Below are positions 62,203 to 64,000 of a stretch of DNA of 64,000 nucleotides, in pieces. Source of the DNA: an uncultured cyanobacterium (GTDB taxonomy: Bacteria > Cyanobacteriota > Cyanobacteriia > Cyanobacteriales > Cyanobacteriaceae); assembly GCA_963749915.1 (NCBI GenBank), contig CAVVOP010000008.1, forward strand, positions 384,001-448,000. Reading direction: 5' to 3'. The stretch's first letter is position 1, and each line of letters begins with the position of its first letter. The position numbers and the translations under genes were made by a program. The notes beneath the pieces are model-generated. The model was not told the origin of the DNA. It saw nothing but the letters and a program-made list of their open reading frames with translations, and did not search any database.

Positions 62203-63561
62203 ATGCTTCCTATCGTTGCCATAATCGGTCGTCCTAATGTTGGTAAGTCCGCCCTTGTAAATCGTTTATCCGGAGAACAAGATGCGATCGTATATGATGA
62301 ACCTGGTATAACACGCGATCGCACTTATCGACCAGCATTTTGGCAGGATAGAGAATTTCAGATAGTCGATACGGGGGGGTTAGTTTTTGATGATGATACC
62401 GAATTTTTGCCCTTGATTCGTGAACAAGCCCAGGCGGCACTAGCAGAGGCAGTAGCGGCTATTTTTGTAGTAGATGGGCAACAGGGATTAACGGCAGGAG
62501 ATGAAGAAATTGCGGCATGGTTGCGTACTCAAAACCTACCGACTGTATTAGCCGTGAATAAATGCGAGTCAGAAACAGAAGGGTTAACCCAGGCGGCGGA
62601 GTTTTGGAATTTAGGCTTAGGTGAACCTTACCCTCTTTCGGCTATTCATGGTAATGGTACAGCAGAACTATTAGATGATTTAATTCAGTATTTACCCACT
62701 ATGGATGAATTAGAGGAGGTAGAGGAGATAAAAGTAGCGATAATTGGCAGGCCAAATGTGGGTAAATCTAGCCTTTTAAACGCTTTAACAGGGGAAAATA
62801 GAGCTATTGTTAGTCCCGTTTCTGGCACAACTCGTGACGCTATTGATATGGTGGTAGAAAGAAATGGAAAAACCTATCGCTTAATTGATACAGCAGGGAT
62901 TAGACGGAAAAAAAATGTCGATTATGGGGCGGAATTTTTTGGGATAAATAGGGCATTTAAGGCCATAAAACGGGCAGATGTTGTCTTATTCGTCATCGAT
63001 GTCTTGGACGGCGTTACCGAGCAAGATTTGAAATTAGCAGGTAGAATCATCGAAGAAGGAAGGGCGGCAGTCATTATCGCCAATAAGTGGGATGCCGTAG
63101 AAAAGGACTCTCATACTATCTATGAATACCAGAAAATGCTTGAGGATCGCTTATTTTTCATGGAATGGGCAGAAAGAATTTTCGTCTCAGCCATGTCGGG
63201 TAAAAGGGTAGAAAATATATTGGACTTAGTGGATAACGCCGCCGAAGGTCACAAAAAACGAGTTAGTACCTCGGTAATTAATGAAGTACTAGAAGAAGCG
63301 GTTAGATGGCATTCACCTCCCACCAGCAGACAAGGAAAACAGGGGCGCATTTACTATGGCACTCAAGTAACCAGTAAACCCCCCACCATCGCTTTATTTG
63401 TCAACGATCCCAAACGGTTGGATAATAATTATCGTCGTTATATTGAAAAACAATTCCGTCAACAATTAGGTTTCAAAGGAACACCCTTAAAATTACTTTG
63501 GCGTGGCAAACGTCTGCGAGAGGGCGAAAATATGGGTGCAAATCGGGCCACTAAAGTGTAG
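62203..63561 (+). CDS. der: Ribosome biogenesis GTPase Der
   Basis: Two GRPNVGKS G-domains, DTGG/DTAG, C-terminal KH-like domain. Confidence 0.98.
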   Translation: MLPIVAIIGRPNVGKSALVNRLSGEQDAIVYDEPGITRDRTYRPAFWQDREFQIVDTGGLVFDDDTEFLPLIREQAQAALAEAVAAIFVVDGQQGLTAGDEEIAAWLRTQNLPTVLAVNKCESETEGLTQAAEFWNLGLGEPYPLSAIHGNGTAELLDDLIQYLPTMDELEEVEEIKVAIIGRPNVGKSSLLNALTGENRAIVSPVSGTTRDAIDMVVERNGKTYRLIDTAGIRRKKNVDYGAEFFGINRAFKAIKRADVVLFVIDVLDGVTEQDLKLAGRIIEEGRAAVIIANKWDAVEKDSHTIYEYQKMLEDRLFFMEWAERIFVSAMSGKRVENILDLVDNAAEGHKKRVSTSVINEVLEEAVRWHSPPTSRQGKQGRIYYGTQVTSKPPTIALFVNDPKRLDNNYRRYIEKQFRQQLGFKGTPLKLLWRGKRLREGENMGANRATKV

Positions 63562-63595
63562 TCAACAATGAACAATAATTTTAACTTATATTATC

Positions 63596-64000
63596 ATGTT
63601 TCCCTCTTGGTTAGTAATTGCTGCGATCGCATTTTTGGTGGCTATTTTGATTAATCGTATTCCTTCTGATGATTTAAGGTGGTTTTTTCGTTTACGTCGC
63701 CCAAATTGGCTAACTTTTGAATTTGCCATTCCCTTTATCTGGATTTTCATTCTTGTGTGCCTGGTTTTGTCCGCAAGCATCATTTGGGAGACAGATATTA
63801 ATCCGATGAGAAAGGCTATTTTAATGACTTTTTATCTAGCCTTAGAAATGGTTATTTTCGCTTATACAAGAGTGATGTGTGCAGTTCGTAGCTTGAGTGT
63901 GGGAGTTTTAATTGGCGGTAGTGGATTTTTAGTAGGTTTGGTCTTAGCAGTTCTGGTCTTTTTTGCCAATAAATCAGCATTATATTTATTAATACCTTAC
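63596..64000 (+). CDS. TspO/MBR family membrane protein (runs off window)
   Basis: Manual translation MFPSWLVIA...WFFRLRRPNWLTFEFAIPFIW. Confidence 0.8.
   Translation, partial: MFPSWLVIAAIAFLVAILINRIPSDDLRWFFRLRRPNWLTFEFAIPFIWIFILVCLVLSASIIWETDINPMRKAILMTFYLALEMVIFAYTRVMCAVRSLSVGVLIGGSGFLVGLVLAVLVFFANKSALYLLIPY

Noticed and set aside
63586..63783. 65-aa minus-strand ORF
   Set aside because: Antisense to the TspO-family frame starting at 63596

Overview
AT-rich chromosomal segment of a cyanobacterium (many HIP1 GCGATCGC octamers, psaK, ccmO, ycf36, heptamer STRR repeats; a Cyanobacterium/Geminocystis-like unicellular host is my inference). Housekeeping backbone: dnaG 3' end, nadC, rimP-nusA-ylxR-infB, pepN, mlaD, ndk, ccmO, glcD, gmhA, rsfS, psaK, miaA, lpxD, der. 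It is interleaved with IS fragments (IS630, ISAs1, IS5, IS4, IS1634), miniature elements and pseudogenes. Highlights: (1) a 555-bp non-autonomous transposon with a perfect 9-bp target duplication whose only cargo is a four-helix-bundle gene; (2) a GC-richer island with porin-aspT-gadB-class II glutamine amidotransferase-aspartate 4-decarboxylase, interrupted by a nested group II intron relic; (3) a GrrP-GrrA-GrrM triceptide RiPP cluster with an unusually Arg-rich core; (4) 21-31 nt micro-elements inserted at GATC/HIP1 sites, one frameshifting a gene; (5) a TerD-family gene and lpxD divergent with only 11 bp between start codons; (6) a degraded phage/IS nest at 53-59 kb. No rRNA, tRNA or CRISPR array was seen. 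All family assignments are from motif recognition by eye; no database search was run.
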